In this document: in pieces, positions 10,342 to 18,346 of the stretch
Position numbering within the stretch: the first letter of the stretch is position 1
How the letters are laid out: the number at the start of each line of letters is the position of its first letter
Source of the DNA: Deltaproteobacteria bacterium UBA4427
GTDB lineage: Bacteria; Myxococcota_A; UBA9160; UBA4427
DNA length: 64,000 nucleotides
Reading direction: 5' to 3'
Assembly (NCBI GenBank): GCA_002390675.1
Contig: DGPZ01000003.1
Coordinates: 3,165-67,164 of the forward strand
Position numbers and translations under genes: made by a program
Notes under the pieces: model-generated
Databases searched by the model: none
Told to the model about the DNA's origin: nothing
What the model saw: only the letters and a program-made list of their open reading frames with translations

Positions 10342-10611
10342 TTGGCCAATCATAAATCCGCCCTCAAGCGAATCCGACAGTCCGAACGCCGACGCAAGCG
10401 CAATCAGCACATCCGCAGTGAAATGCGAACGATGGTGAAGCGTTGTGGGGAAGCGTTCGAGTCCGGTGATGCCAGTAAGGCTGCTGAAGCCTTCCAGATC
10501 GCCGAACGAGTGATCCGCCGCGCTGCGACGCGTGGAGTCATCCCGCGAAAGCGAGCCGACCGAAGTGTAGGTCGCCTCGCAAAGCGACTGAACGGCGTTT
10601 CCGCGTCCTAG
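10342..10611 (+). CDS. rpsT: 30S ribosomal protein S20
   Basis: The protein begins MANHKSALKRIRQSERRRKRNQHIRS. The start codon is TTG at 10342, with AAGGAG 8 nt upstream. E. coli rpsT also uses a UUG start. Confidence 0.93.
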   Translation: MANHKSALKRIRQSERRRKRNQHIRSEMRTMVKRCGEAFESGDASKAAEAFQIAERVIRRAATRGVIPRKRADRSVGRLAKRLNGVSAS

Positions 10612-10886
10612 TCTCGCTGCGTTGATCGTCGCGGTTTTATCGCTGCCATCTCAACGCTCGTAGTTCGCGCTTCACGCTGGCACCCGCCGACGAATTCCCA
10701 ATTAGTTAGAGCCATAACCCGAAGTGCATCGAATGATCGATCGTGCTGCCGGGTGAGGCTTGTCCGCGCTCTGCCGCGAGGCTGGGGCGACCTAGTCAGC
10801 TAGAAGTATGCTTGCGTGACACAGCCAACCCGCTCCGTCCGGTCGAATCCCCGGGCAACCGACTCCGCTCCGAAGCGGATGCGAGC

Positions 10887-11867
10887 TCAGCTCGCCAGGC
10901 CTAGTACCAATTGTTCAAGTGCCCGCTCGGAGCGCATAACGCTCGCACCTTTCAGCTCTACGTCTGCGCGATGAATCGCGCGCAGGCAAGTCACGAGCCG
11001 ACGCGGAGAATGGCGACGTGCTTGTTGCTCCAGCTTCCGTACGACGAAGGGCGGCCCTCCTACGGCCTCGCCGTGACCAACACGGACCAATCGCCTGAAG
11101 TGGGAAGCGAGTGCACCCAATATGGCCGGGGGCGCCGCCCCCTGAGAAATTAAACGAGCGAGCAAACTCACGGCCTCCGCGGTTCGCCCCTGCCCGATCG
11201 CATCGGTGAGATCCCAGATAGGTTCCTCGGCGACTGCCGAAACTGCAATCTCTACGTGCTTCCGCGTGATCGGCTCTCCCTGCCCAGCGAGCAGACTCGC
11301 TTTTTCAATTTCCTGCCGCAGCAGCATCAGCTGGGGTCCGACCCGGTCGGCCAGCAGCGACGCAGCATCGGGTTCCAGGATGACCCCCTGTCGACGCGCC
11401 TCCCCGGCGAGAAAGCTGCCTAATTCCTTCGCCTTCTTTGGAGCCTCGCAATCGACTAGAGCGGCGGGATTTTTGAACGCCTTCACCCACTTACTGCGCT
11501 TGTCTGCTTTAGCGCAGACTATGACCAAAACGCTGGGCGTCCCGGCATTGATACGGCTGAGCCAGCCCTCGATGACCGCACCCCAATTCGCATCGAGCTT
11601 GGCGCCGCGTCCTTCCGCCTCACGCAAGACAACCAGCCGCCTCTCGGCCATCACGGGAAGATTATCGAGAGCTTCCTCCAATCGGCCCGGCATCACCTTA
11701 CCCACTTCGAGCCGGTCGAGATTAAAGTCTCGAGGAGCCCCTTCGAGCACCGATGTCTCAATCGCTGCGAGCGCATCGTCGCGCAAGAGCGGCTCGCTAC
11801 CCGCTAACAAATAGGCGGGCCGAACGTGCCCTTTCGCGAGTTCCTCAAGTATCTGCGAGGGCATCAT
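10887..11867 (-). CDS. holA: DNA polymerase III subunit delta
   Basis: It is 326 aa and has the N-terminal HolA-like motif RPAYLLAGSEPLLRDDAL. It follows lptE with an ATGA overlap, which is the conserved lptE-holA synteny. Confidence 0.75.
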   Translation of the reverse strand: MMPSQILEELAKGHVRPAYLLAGSEPLLRDDALAAIETSVLEGAPRDFNLDRLEVGKVMPGRLEEALDNLPVMAERRLVVLREAEGRGAKLDANWGAVIEGWLSRINAGTPSVLVIVCAKADKRSKWVKAFKNPAALVDCEAPKKAKELGSFLAGEARRQGVILEPDAASLLADRVGPQLMLLRQEIEKASLLAGQGEPITRKHVEIAVSAVAEEPIWDLTDAIGQGRTAEAVSLLARLISQGAAPPAILGALASHFRRLVRVGHGEAVGGPPFVVRKLEQQARRHSPRRLVTCLRAIHRADVELKGASVMRSERALEQLVLGLAS

Positions 11868-12559
11868 CGGCCCGCACCGTGTTCCTTCGGCATCTCTCCC
11901 GCTCGTTCCGGGACAGCGGGGAGACCAGTGACTTCAGCCTCCTTCGAATCGTTGGCCTCGGCCGTTTTATCAACAGGGGTCGCGATCCATTCCACGGAGT
12001 CCGCCACACGCACCGCCAGCAGATCCGAAAGATGTCGCACGGCCTCACGCTTATTCGTACGCGAGACTTCGATATCGGGACTGGCCAAGTAGACATCGCT
12101 CTCCGAGAGGGCTCGCGGCGATAGGCGAATGATGTCGCCGCTTGCGCGTACGAGTTCGAGAACGAGGCTCAAAGTCACCTTGTATTCCAGCGCAACGACA
12201 AAGCTCGAGAAGCTATTGCCCACCATTCGAACCGGCAGAATCTTGCCGCGCAGCACGTAGTCCGCACGCGCAGGATCATTGACGAGTTCGAATCGACCGC
12301 GGAGATCAAACTCACGACGCAGCGCATCGCCCACTTCGCGGTCAAGCCAAGGCTCTGGCGACTCTGCGCGAAGCGCGAGGACGGCGATCCGGACGGAGCT
12401 CGCTGCCCCGGAAAGTGAAGTCCCGGCGGAGGAGCCGGCCCTCGCCGCCTGACGCGCCTCGGGTGGCTCTAAGAGATTGCGGTAGCCACATCCCGCAAGC
12501 GAGATCAGAATCGCGGCATACGCGAGAAGAAGCGGGAAGTTGGACCATCGGCGCGACAT
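11864..12559 (-). CDS. lptE: LptE-like LPS-assembly lipoprotein
   Basis: It has a lipoprotein signal peptide with a lipobox (LISLAGC|GY), is of LptE size, and sits immediately upstream of holA. The assignment rests mainly on synteny. Confidence 0.6.
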   Translation of the reverse strand: MSRRWSNFPLLLAYAAILISLAGCGYRNLLEPPEARQAARAGSSAGTSLSGAASSVRIAVLALRAESPEPWLDREVGDALRREFDLRGRFELVNDPARADYVLRGKILPVRMVGNSFSSFVVALEYKVTLSLVLELVRASGDIIRLSPRALSESDVYLASPDIEVSRTNKREAVRHLSDLLAVRVADSVEWIATPVDKTAEANDSKEAEVTGLPAVPERAGEMPKEHGAGR

Positions 12560-12716
12560 CCCAGACCGATAGCATGCGCACCGCGAACAGGCGCGGAAGC
12601 CATGCCAAGAGAATGCCTATACCCACCGCCGAATGGAGCGCGACTGTGGCAATTTCGCGGTTTTCGGACGTGTCTGGCCTATGCGCGCGCTGGGCGGCCA
12701 CGCCCGCCGAGAGAGA

Positions 12717-13035
12717 TCAGTCGTCGCGCTTCGGCAGACTCTTCGCGACCGCGAGTACCTTATTCGCATGAATCGGCTTCGTCAGATGCTCGTTCGATCA
12801 AAGGCTGACCGCACTCTCGCGACCTTCCTTGGCACCTTCGGTCGTGACCATGCAGATCGGCAACCCCGCAAGGTTTTCTCTCCGCGAATCCAGCTGATGA
12901 GCTTCAGCCCATCCATGACCGGCATGAAGCCGCCTCATCCTTGGGCAGCGCCAACAGCTGCTCCACCGAGAGTCGGCGCACGTCCTCGTCTGCGCTCACA
13001 AAGCCATCGAGAATGCCCTGGCGCTCCTCTATGTG
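12717..13035 (-). pseudogene. Decayed chemotaxis-type CheY-like receiver gene (two frame changes plus one in-frame TGA)
   Basis: The minus strand reads in three frames. Frame a gives HIEERQGILDGFVSADEDVRRLSVEQLLALPKDEAAS. Frame c gives MPVMDGLKLISWIRGEKTLRG and breaks at the GGGG run 12867..12864. Frame b gives LPICMVTTEGAKEGRESAVSL*SNEHLTKPIHANKVLAVAKSLPKRDD*. MPxMDG, LPxxMxTTE and xLTKP are CheY signatures. The internal TGA (12800..12798) sits where the conserved Gly codon (GGA) is expected. Confidence 0.55.
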
Positions 13036-13047
13036 TCAGCCCGGCAC

Positions 13048-13983
13048 TCATTTCTCAGCACCTCGCTCGGCGGCGACGCGACTGAGCTCGTCCATAACAA
13101 AGTCCGTCTCTGCTCGAACCTCTTCGCCGATGCGTTGGCGAAGAAGTGCGCGGGCTTCCTTAATTTCTCGCTCGAGGACCTGTTCCAAGTTTCCGGCACG
13201 AACGGCCTTCTCAAATTTCTCGGGCTGGTACAGAAGCATCTCGGAGACCGCGATTCGCGCAAGCCGTTCGGCACGCTCACGTTCTTCGTTCTTCTCAGGA
13301 TCTTCGGCCGCTTCAGTCGACGCAGCTGCGGCCGGCGGCGACGCAAAGAGCATGGGGCTATCCGAATCGATCGGCAGTCCAGCCTCATGGAGCACCGACT
13401 TCAGAGCCCCGGGCAGGTCGGGCTGTTCGATGTAGGCATCGGCGCCATAAAGTTCCGAAGAATCCCTGCGGTAGCGATCCTGATGATGAATCGCGCCGAC
13501 TATCACCGTCGTAGTGTTCTGCAGACTCTCGTTCCGTTTGATCACTTCGCAGACCTGGAAGCTAAACATCTTAGGCAGCGCTGCATCAAGCACGACAGCC
13601 GACGGAAGCATTCTCTGAATCGCAAGCATTGCTTCAACGCCATCTTGAACGAAATGGACCTGTAGACCCCAGGACATGACCGCTTCGGCACTTGCTTTGC
13701 CACGTTCTTCGTCGGGATCAGCAACGATGACGAGCTTCGCGCTGTCGTATTCCGGGATCGGTTCCGGTGGAGACACCGAAAAATCTTCTTCGGACGGCGG
13801 TGCGAGAGCCACCCTCGTCTGAACCGGCACAGGCGCCTGAACGGGAGCAGGAGCGACGGCCTGCGGCGCGCGAATAAGAAACACTGCCGAACACTTCGTG
13901 CAACGAAGCTTCGCGCCTTCGGGACCGATGCGTTCGGGATCCACGCGGTACCGCGCACTACATTTAGGACATCCAGCAACCAT
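13048..13983 (-). CDS. MJ0042-type zinc-ribbon protein with an atypical receiver-like domain and a conserved helical C-terminus
   Basis: The N-terminal zinc ribbon is CPKCSARYRVDPERIGPEGAKLRCTKCSAVFLI. The REC-like core is KLVIVADPDEE...AVVLDAALP...TTVIVGA...ADAYIEQP, and the invariant Lys of the KP motif is replaced by Gln. A GGGAG Shine-Dalgarno sequence lies 8 nt before ATG 13983. The track start at GTG 13986 is also possible. Confidence 0.7.
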   Translation of the reverse strand: MVAGCPKCSARYRVDPERIGPEGAKLRCTKCSAVFLIRAPQAVAPAPVQAPVPVQTRVALAPPSEEDFSVSPPEPIPEYDSAKLVIVADPDEERGKASAEAVMSWGLQVHFVQDGVEAMLAIQRMLPSAVVLDAALPKMFSFQVCEVIKRNESLQNTTTVIVGAIHHQDRYRRDSSELYGADAYIEQPDLPGALKSVLHEAGLPIDSDSPMLFASPPAAAASTEAAEDPEKNEERERAERLARIAVSEMLLYQPEKFEKAVRAGNLEQVLEREIKEARALLRQRIGEEVRAETDFVMDELSRVAAERGAEK

Positions 13984-14024
13984 CACTCATCTCCCAGTCC
14001 GCGAAGTCATATTCGCGGGCGCAT

Positions 14025-14269
14025 TCACCCGCGAAAACGTTCCACGTCTTCCCGCAATTCTTCAGCTTCTACCGAAAACTCGAGCATCGACTCACGCAGC
14101 GTCCGTGTGGCAGCTTCATTCGTCAGGCTGCTCTCGGCGATTCCGTCCAAAAAACCTTCGACCTCAGCACATGCTTCGGATTATTCGCTCGCGGTTCAAA
14201 TTTCTCGAGGCTGGAAGCCAAGAGGGGTCTCATCGTCGCCGAGTCTTCTACGACCAGAATGCGCTGCAA
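14025..14269 (-). pseudogene. Truncated and frameshifted remnant of a CheY-like receiver gene (N-terminal part only)
   Basis: From TTG 14269 the minus strand reads (M)QRILVVEDSATMRPLLASSLEKFEPRA... and reaches a stop at about 14124. ILVVEDSATMR matches the CheY N-terminal signature (compare E. coli FLVVDDFSTMRR). A second frame continues AEVEGFLDGIAES (the EV..A.DG..A pattern) and then diverges to a TGA at 14027..14025. Only about 283 nt are available before the next gene, which is too short for a full receiver. Confidence 0.45.
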
Positions 14270-14449
14270 AGCCGTCTCCCGGAAGCGGGTCTACGCGCGC
14301 ACTAAGAGTGATTCCTATATCGGCGAGGAATGCGCACTCTTGAGGTCGACGACAGGCGGGAGAGAGGGGGAACCCTGCGGAGTTTGGGTGTTTTTAAACA
14401 CCGGTTTTCATGTACTCCGTGAGACGCGCCCTGTGGCCCGGCGAACTGC

Positions 14450-16387
14450 TCAGGGCCGGCTAGCGGCGGCGTCGGCTTTCCAAAGCGCTCGTTCAAGCGC
14501 GGCCCGGTCAAGGGCGAGTCCCGCGTGGTGAAGCACCACTTCGAGACCGTGTGTGTCCGGGATCGGAGTACCCGTATGGGATTGATCTCCATAGAGCAGC
14601 GCAATCACTGACGAGCCACTCTCGATCGGGCCGAGATAGACCTGTTTTGGGCTCTCTCCGCCGAAGCAATCGAGCAAAGTGCGGTCAGCTTCCGTCACTG
14701 GGGCCGCCACTATGGGCTTCCCCGAATCGAGAACTTCGCGAATCCAGCCCTGTTTTAAGGTGGGGAGCGAGACCGGTACAGTCGGGCCGAGGGGGTCCAC
14801 TTCGAGGCTTGGCAGACCGCGGCCGGAGATCGCGAAGATCTGATCCTCTCGAACGACGAGGATGGCTACTCGGGCGAAGAGCTCCGAGGCGAAGTCGAGC
14901 ACGACCGGCAGAACTTCACCGCGCGAGGATGCATCCTGCAGTTTCGCCGTTGCATCGCGCAATCCGCGCATGCTGGCGGGCCCCGATGCTTTAGCCTTTG
15001 CTGCGACCTCGCCTTGATCGGTGAGGATCTCGAGCACCGTACGGCAGAGCACTTGGCTGGCCATGGCAACCTCGGGCTGTTTTTTGCAGACAAGCAAACG
15101 GCGCGACGGACGTCGCAGTACACCGTTCAAGGCACTAGGCATTGCCGCCGGTGCGACGTCATCATGATCTCTCAAGCCGAGTACGATGATGCGAGGCGAC
15201 TGCGCCTTCAGCCGCTTCACGAAATCGGAGAGGCCGTGGATTCCGGAGAGGGGATCGATCTGCGTTTCAGGGGACACGAGAACCAAGGGTGTCTCGCCGC
15301 GGATCAAGTACTGGCGAATACGACTAAGGCCCTGATCTGCCCGCTGAAACACATGAACCCGTGCAAATTTTTTTTCAATCGCGGATTTGACCCAATCCCC
15401 AACCGAGACATCCGGGTCGATCAAGACCACGGGCATTCGTCCCACGTTGTGCAACCTGCGTTCGGCGGCGGAAGTCGCTTTCGAAGAAGTTTCATGCGCA
15501 GCGACGGCGGGCGCAGCTGCAATGACTGGCTGGCCTAATACCGTACTAGCATATGGTTGAATAGCGAAACTTTCTGCGGGGGCAGCCTCTACAAACAATC
15601 CCGCTTCACGAAGCGGCACTCGCTCTAGATCCGAATTGGACACTGACGTGACGAGGGATCTAGCCGCCGCAACATCGTCCAGCATCAGCTCGTCGGTGGC
15701 TGCCGCGCGCTCAATGACATTGGCGACCAAGGCACCCGTTGCCGTTTTCGGAGCATGCAGATCATCGTCATCGCCTAGTCCGAAAAAGCCTTCGGAGTCA
15801 TCGCCGAAGAGCGGATCCTCAAGGCTGGAGATCCCCGGATTCGTGATCGGGTCGGGATCCCATTCCTCGGCACCCGAGTCGTCGTCAACCGCGTCGCGCT
15901 CGCGCTCGTCCCGGAGGCGCAGGCCTTCCATGGCGAGGTATTGGGCGTTCATTCCTATTTCCAGCACCAGCTGCGGATCCTCAGGATCGAGTTCGTTTCG
16001 AACGTCGAAGCTGAAGTCGCCCGCAGGCCAGGTAAACATCTCTAGGATGGCCGCTTCAACTGTTCCATGAATCCATTCAACGATTTGGTCGCGACGGATC
16101 CCCGCATCATGCTCAAGGGCCTGTTCGACAGGAACGCCGAGATCCTGCGCAAGAGAGATAGAGGCGTCGTAGACAGCCGGGTCAATCACAGCTCGAGCAA
16201 TGAGCATTTCCCGCAGGCTGTTCGGTTGCCCCTTAAGTCGCGCGGCATGAACCAAACCCGACCGAAATACAATCCGGGCACAGCCCTGGTCGCTCGACAG
16301 TGCAAGCACTCCCGACTTTTGCGACAGACTGATGATCTGCAAGATGTCTCCGAGGCTCAAATCCTCGAGATTGCCGACCAGGCTCAT
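14450..16387 (-). CDS. DUF4388-type domain / acidic linker / pseudo-receiver / GAF-like multidomain signalling protein
   Basis: I place the start at ATG 16387, with GGAGGG 4 nt upstream, giving MSLVGNLEDLSLGDILQIISLSQKSGVLALSS (DUF4388 pattern). The track start at 16528 adds 47 Arg/Pro-rich residues. The REC-like region is MPVVLIDPD...PLVLVSPET, with Ser at the phospho-Asp position. The C-terminal ~170 aa looks GAF-like (inference). Confidence 0.7.
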   Translation of the reverse strand: MSLVGNLEDLSLGDILQIISLSQKSGVLALSSDQGCARIVFRSGLVHAARLKGQPNSLREMLIARAVIDPAVYDASISLAQDLGVPVEQALEHDAGIRRDQIVEWIHGTVEAAILEMFTWPAGDFSFDVRNELDPEDPQLVLEIGMNAQYLAMEGLRLRDERERDAVDDDSGAEEWDPDPITNPGISSLEDPLFGDDSEGFFGLGDDDDLHAPKTATGALVANVIERAAATDELMLDDVAAARSLVTSVSNSDLERVPLREAGLFVEAAPAESFAIQPYASTVLGQPVIAAAPAVAAHETSSKATSAAERRLHNVGRMPVVLIDPDVSVGDWVKSAIEKKFARVHVFQRADQGLSRIRQYLIRGETPLVLVSPETQIDPLSGIHGLSDFVKRLKAQSPRIIVLGLRDHDDVAPAAMPSALNGVLRRPSRRLLVCKKQPEVAMASQVLCRTVLEILTDQGEVAAKAKASGPASMRGLRDATAKLQDASSRGEVLPVVLDFASELFARVAILVVREDQIFAISGRGLPSLEVDPLGPTVPVSLPTLKQGWIREVLDSGKPIVAAPVTEADRTLLDCFGGESPKQVYLGPIESGSSVIALLYGDQSHTGTPIPDTHGLEVVLHHAGLALDRAALERALWKADAAASRP

Positions 16388-16683
16388 TGATCCCTCCGCG
16401 GCCCGCCCTCTTGGAGCGAACGGCGCGTGCGCATCACCGACTGCGCGAGGGCACACGTCCCCTCCCGCGTATCTTGAATCGGCGTCCCTGGGTGGGACTT
16501 GACCCGGACTCGCATCGCGGGAGATCACCTGAGGCTGGTCGCAGGAAAATCATCGCGATCGATGCTCGAATGTCCAATCAGCTGCACACGCCCTGCGCAT
16601 GCCTTACCGATTGGCTCCTTGTTCTCGCGTCGCCCGCGCGAGGTTTGCGCTTGGTCAGCGGTGCCGGCGAGATGCCAGGCAGA

Positions 16684-17301
16684 TCAGAAAGCGTCGAGGC
16701 TGGCTTCATCCGTTGTGACGGCGACACCTTCAAGTCCCGCCGCGCCGCAAGCGCTCTCGATCGCTCGGAACACCCCAGCGACCTCCGCTCGCGGCACACA
16801 GACCTGCAATCGCATCGGACGCTCACATCCGGCCCACGCATCCGCAAGGCCGGCGACCAAAGCGGCCGCGTGTCGCGGTACATCATCAGATGCGATCCCG
16901 AGCGGAGTCAATACGACCTCCTGCAGTCTGAGCTTGCGACACCGATCGAGTGCGGAGCGAATCTCGTCGCTCGCGCGCAGCTGGTCGTAGGTTTGCCGAT
17001 CGCCAAGGCCCAAGAGCATCAGGCGCGGGGCTCTAAGCGCACGACCACAGGCGATCAGCATCGCTTCGCCACTCGTACCGGACAGGTCGCCGTTTTCGAT
17101 GCGCCGAGAAAGCCCGCCACAAAGGCGCCAATCTGCTCGGGCGGCCCCGCCCCGAAGAGGGCGTTCATCCGTAAAGAATCCAGCGACGGCGATTTCGCTA
17201 TCGACGCGCTCGAGCGGTCGTGCAGTGAGTACGATCTCGACATGCGAAACCGCTCCGGCTTTGGGAGTCATCTGCCCGGCTTCGCCCGCGGAAGAGTTCA
17301 T
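16684..17301 (-). CDS. Stand-alone protein resembling the N-terminal (non-catalytic) domain of M17 leucyl aminopeptidases
   Basis: It is 205 aa. The stretch SEIAVAGFFTDERPLRGGAARADWRLCGGLSRRIENGDLSGTSGEAMLIACG...RLMLLGLGDRQ follows the Peptidase_M17_N pattern (vgvf...l.g.a..lD..l.G.l.....g.f.Gk.Ge.ll......rvllvGLG). There is no catalytic domain. The ATG overlaps the nusB stop (ATGA). Confidence 0.5.
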   Translation of the reverse strand: MNSSAGEAGQMTPKAGAVSHVEIVLTARPLERVDSEIAVAGFFTDERPLRGGAARADWRLCGGLSRRIENGDLSGTSGEAMLIACGRALRAPRLMLLGLGDRQTYDQLRASDEIRSALDRCRKLRLQEVVLTPLGIASDDVPRHAAALVAGLADAWAGCERPMRLQVCVPRAEVAGVFRAIESACGAAGLEGVAVTTDEASLDAF

Positions 17302-17870
17302 CCCCCACGCACCTGTTTTGCGACGGCATCAAGAATGCCATTCACGAAAGCGGGAGAAGTATCACTTCCGAAACGTCGAGCGAGATCGACCGCTTCATCG
17401 ATCACGATAGCGACCGGCGTTTCTGTGTCTCGGAGTTCAAAGGCCCCGAGACGCAGAACATTGCGATCGACTGCGGCCATGCGCGAGACACGCCAATTCC
17501 TCGAATGCTGCCCAACGAGTTCGTCGAGAACTTCCGCGCGCCCGGCTACACCTACGACGAGCAATCGCGCAAAATCACTCGCGCTCTTTGGAACATCGAA
17601 ATTCTCAGTCACACGATCGAAGGCGAGCCCGCTCGCTGCGATTGGATTTACTGGGGAAGCATCTACTGGCAAATCCAGCGATTCAGATTCGGGGAGCAGC
17701 GGATCGAAAGGCTTTGCCGCGCGAGACGCCGCAGCAACACGCGCTCCGGTCTCTCGCAAATCGATCGCGTAAAGGACCTGAAGCGCGACTTCGCGTCCAC
17801 GATGTCGACCCCCAGCATCCTCTGCGTCCACCGCAGACTTCTTCTTTTGCGAGATGCCCGATTCGCTCAC
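17298..17870 (-). CDS. nusB: Transcription antitermination factor NusB (with an N-terminal tail and an internal insertion)
   Basis: NusB motifs are present: REVALQVLYAIDL, then WRVSRMAAVDRNVLRLGAFEL, then AFVNGILDAV. It follows ribH, and the GTG start overlaps the ribH stop (GTGA). At 190 aa it is longer than a typical NusB (~140 aa). Confidence 0.88.
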   Translation of the reverse strand: MSESGISQKKKSAVDAEDAGGRHRGREVALQVLYAIDLRETGARVAAASRAAKPFDPLLPESESLDLPVDASPVNPIAASGLAFDRVTENFDVPKSASDFARLLVVGVAGRAEVLDELVGQHSRNWRVSRMAAVDRNVLRLGAFELRDTETPVAIVIDEAVDLARRFGSDTSPAFVNGILDAVAKQVRGG

Positions 17871-18346
17871 GAAGCATTCGCCTCAGGCAGCCCGGCAAGC
17901 AGCCTCGCCATCTCGACCGCAGCGAGCGCGACCTCGCCGCCCTTATTGCCGTCGCTTCCACCCGCGCGCGCAAGCGCCTGATCAATATTGTCCGTAGTCA
18001 GAACGCCAAAGCCAACCGGCACGTCACTCTCTCTCATGATTTCCCGCACACCGTCGGTCACGCCGCGACAAACGTATTCAAAATGGGGTGTACCGCCACG
18101 AATGACGGAGCCTAACGTGACGATCGCATCATACCGGCCGGACTCAGCCAGCCGCCTAGCGGCCTGCGGAATCTCAAACGCACCCGCAACCCAGAACAGA
18201 GTAAGATCTTCCGCCTTCGCCCCGTGCTCAAGCAAGGCATCCCGTGCCCCATCGATCAAGCGGATAGAAATCAAGTGATTGAAGCGCGACACAACAAGTG
18301 CGACTCGCAATCCTGTCGCATCGATTGACGGCGTTATCGCCTTCAT
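17867..18346 (-). CDS. ribH: 6,7-dimethyl-8-ribityllumazine synthase
   Basis: RVALVVSRFNHLISIRLIDGA...WVAGAFEIP...GSVIRGGTPHFEYV is the canonical RibH core. The protein is 159 aa. Confidence 0.93.
   Translation of the reverse strand: MKAITPSIDATGLRVALVVSRFNHLISIRLIDGARDALLEHGAKAEDLTLFWVAGAFEIPQAARRLAESGRYDAIVTLGSVIRGGTPHFEYVCRGVTDGVREIMRESDVPVGFGVLTTDNIDQALARAGGSDGNKGGEVALAAVEMARLLAGLPEANAS

Noticed and set aside
14388-14412. A hairpin GGTGTT-ttta-AACACC followed by GGTTTTC, considered as a possible terminator.
   Set aside because: The T-run lies on the plus strand, where no gene ends. The stem is only 6 bp and AT-rich. On the minus strand, after the DUF4388 gene, there is no U-tract.
16387-17772. 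A 461-aa plus-strand ORF, the longest unexplained ORF in the track.
   Set aside because: It runs antisense across the intergenic region, the M17-N-like gene and nusB, which all have recognisable motifs and 4-nt coupling. Its product is Arg/Ser/Pro/Ala-rich low-complexity sequence, typical of shadow ORFs in GC-rich DNA.
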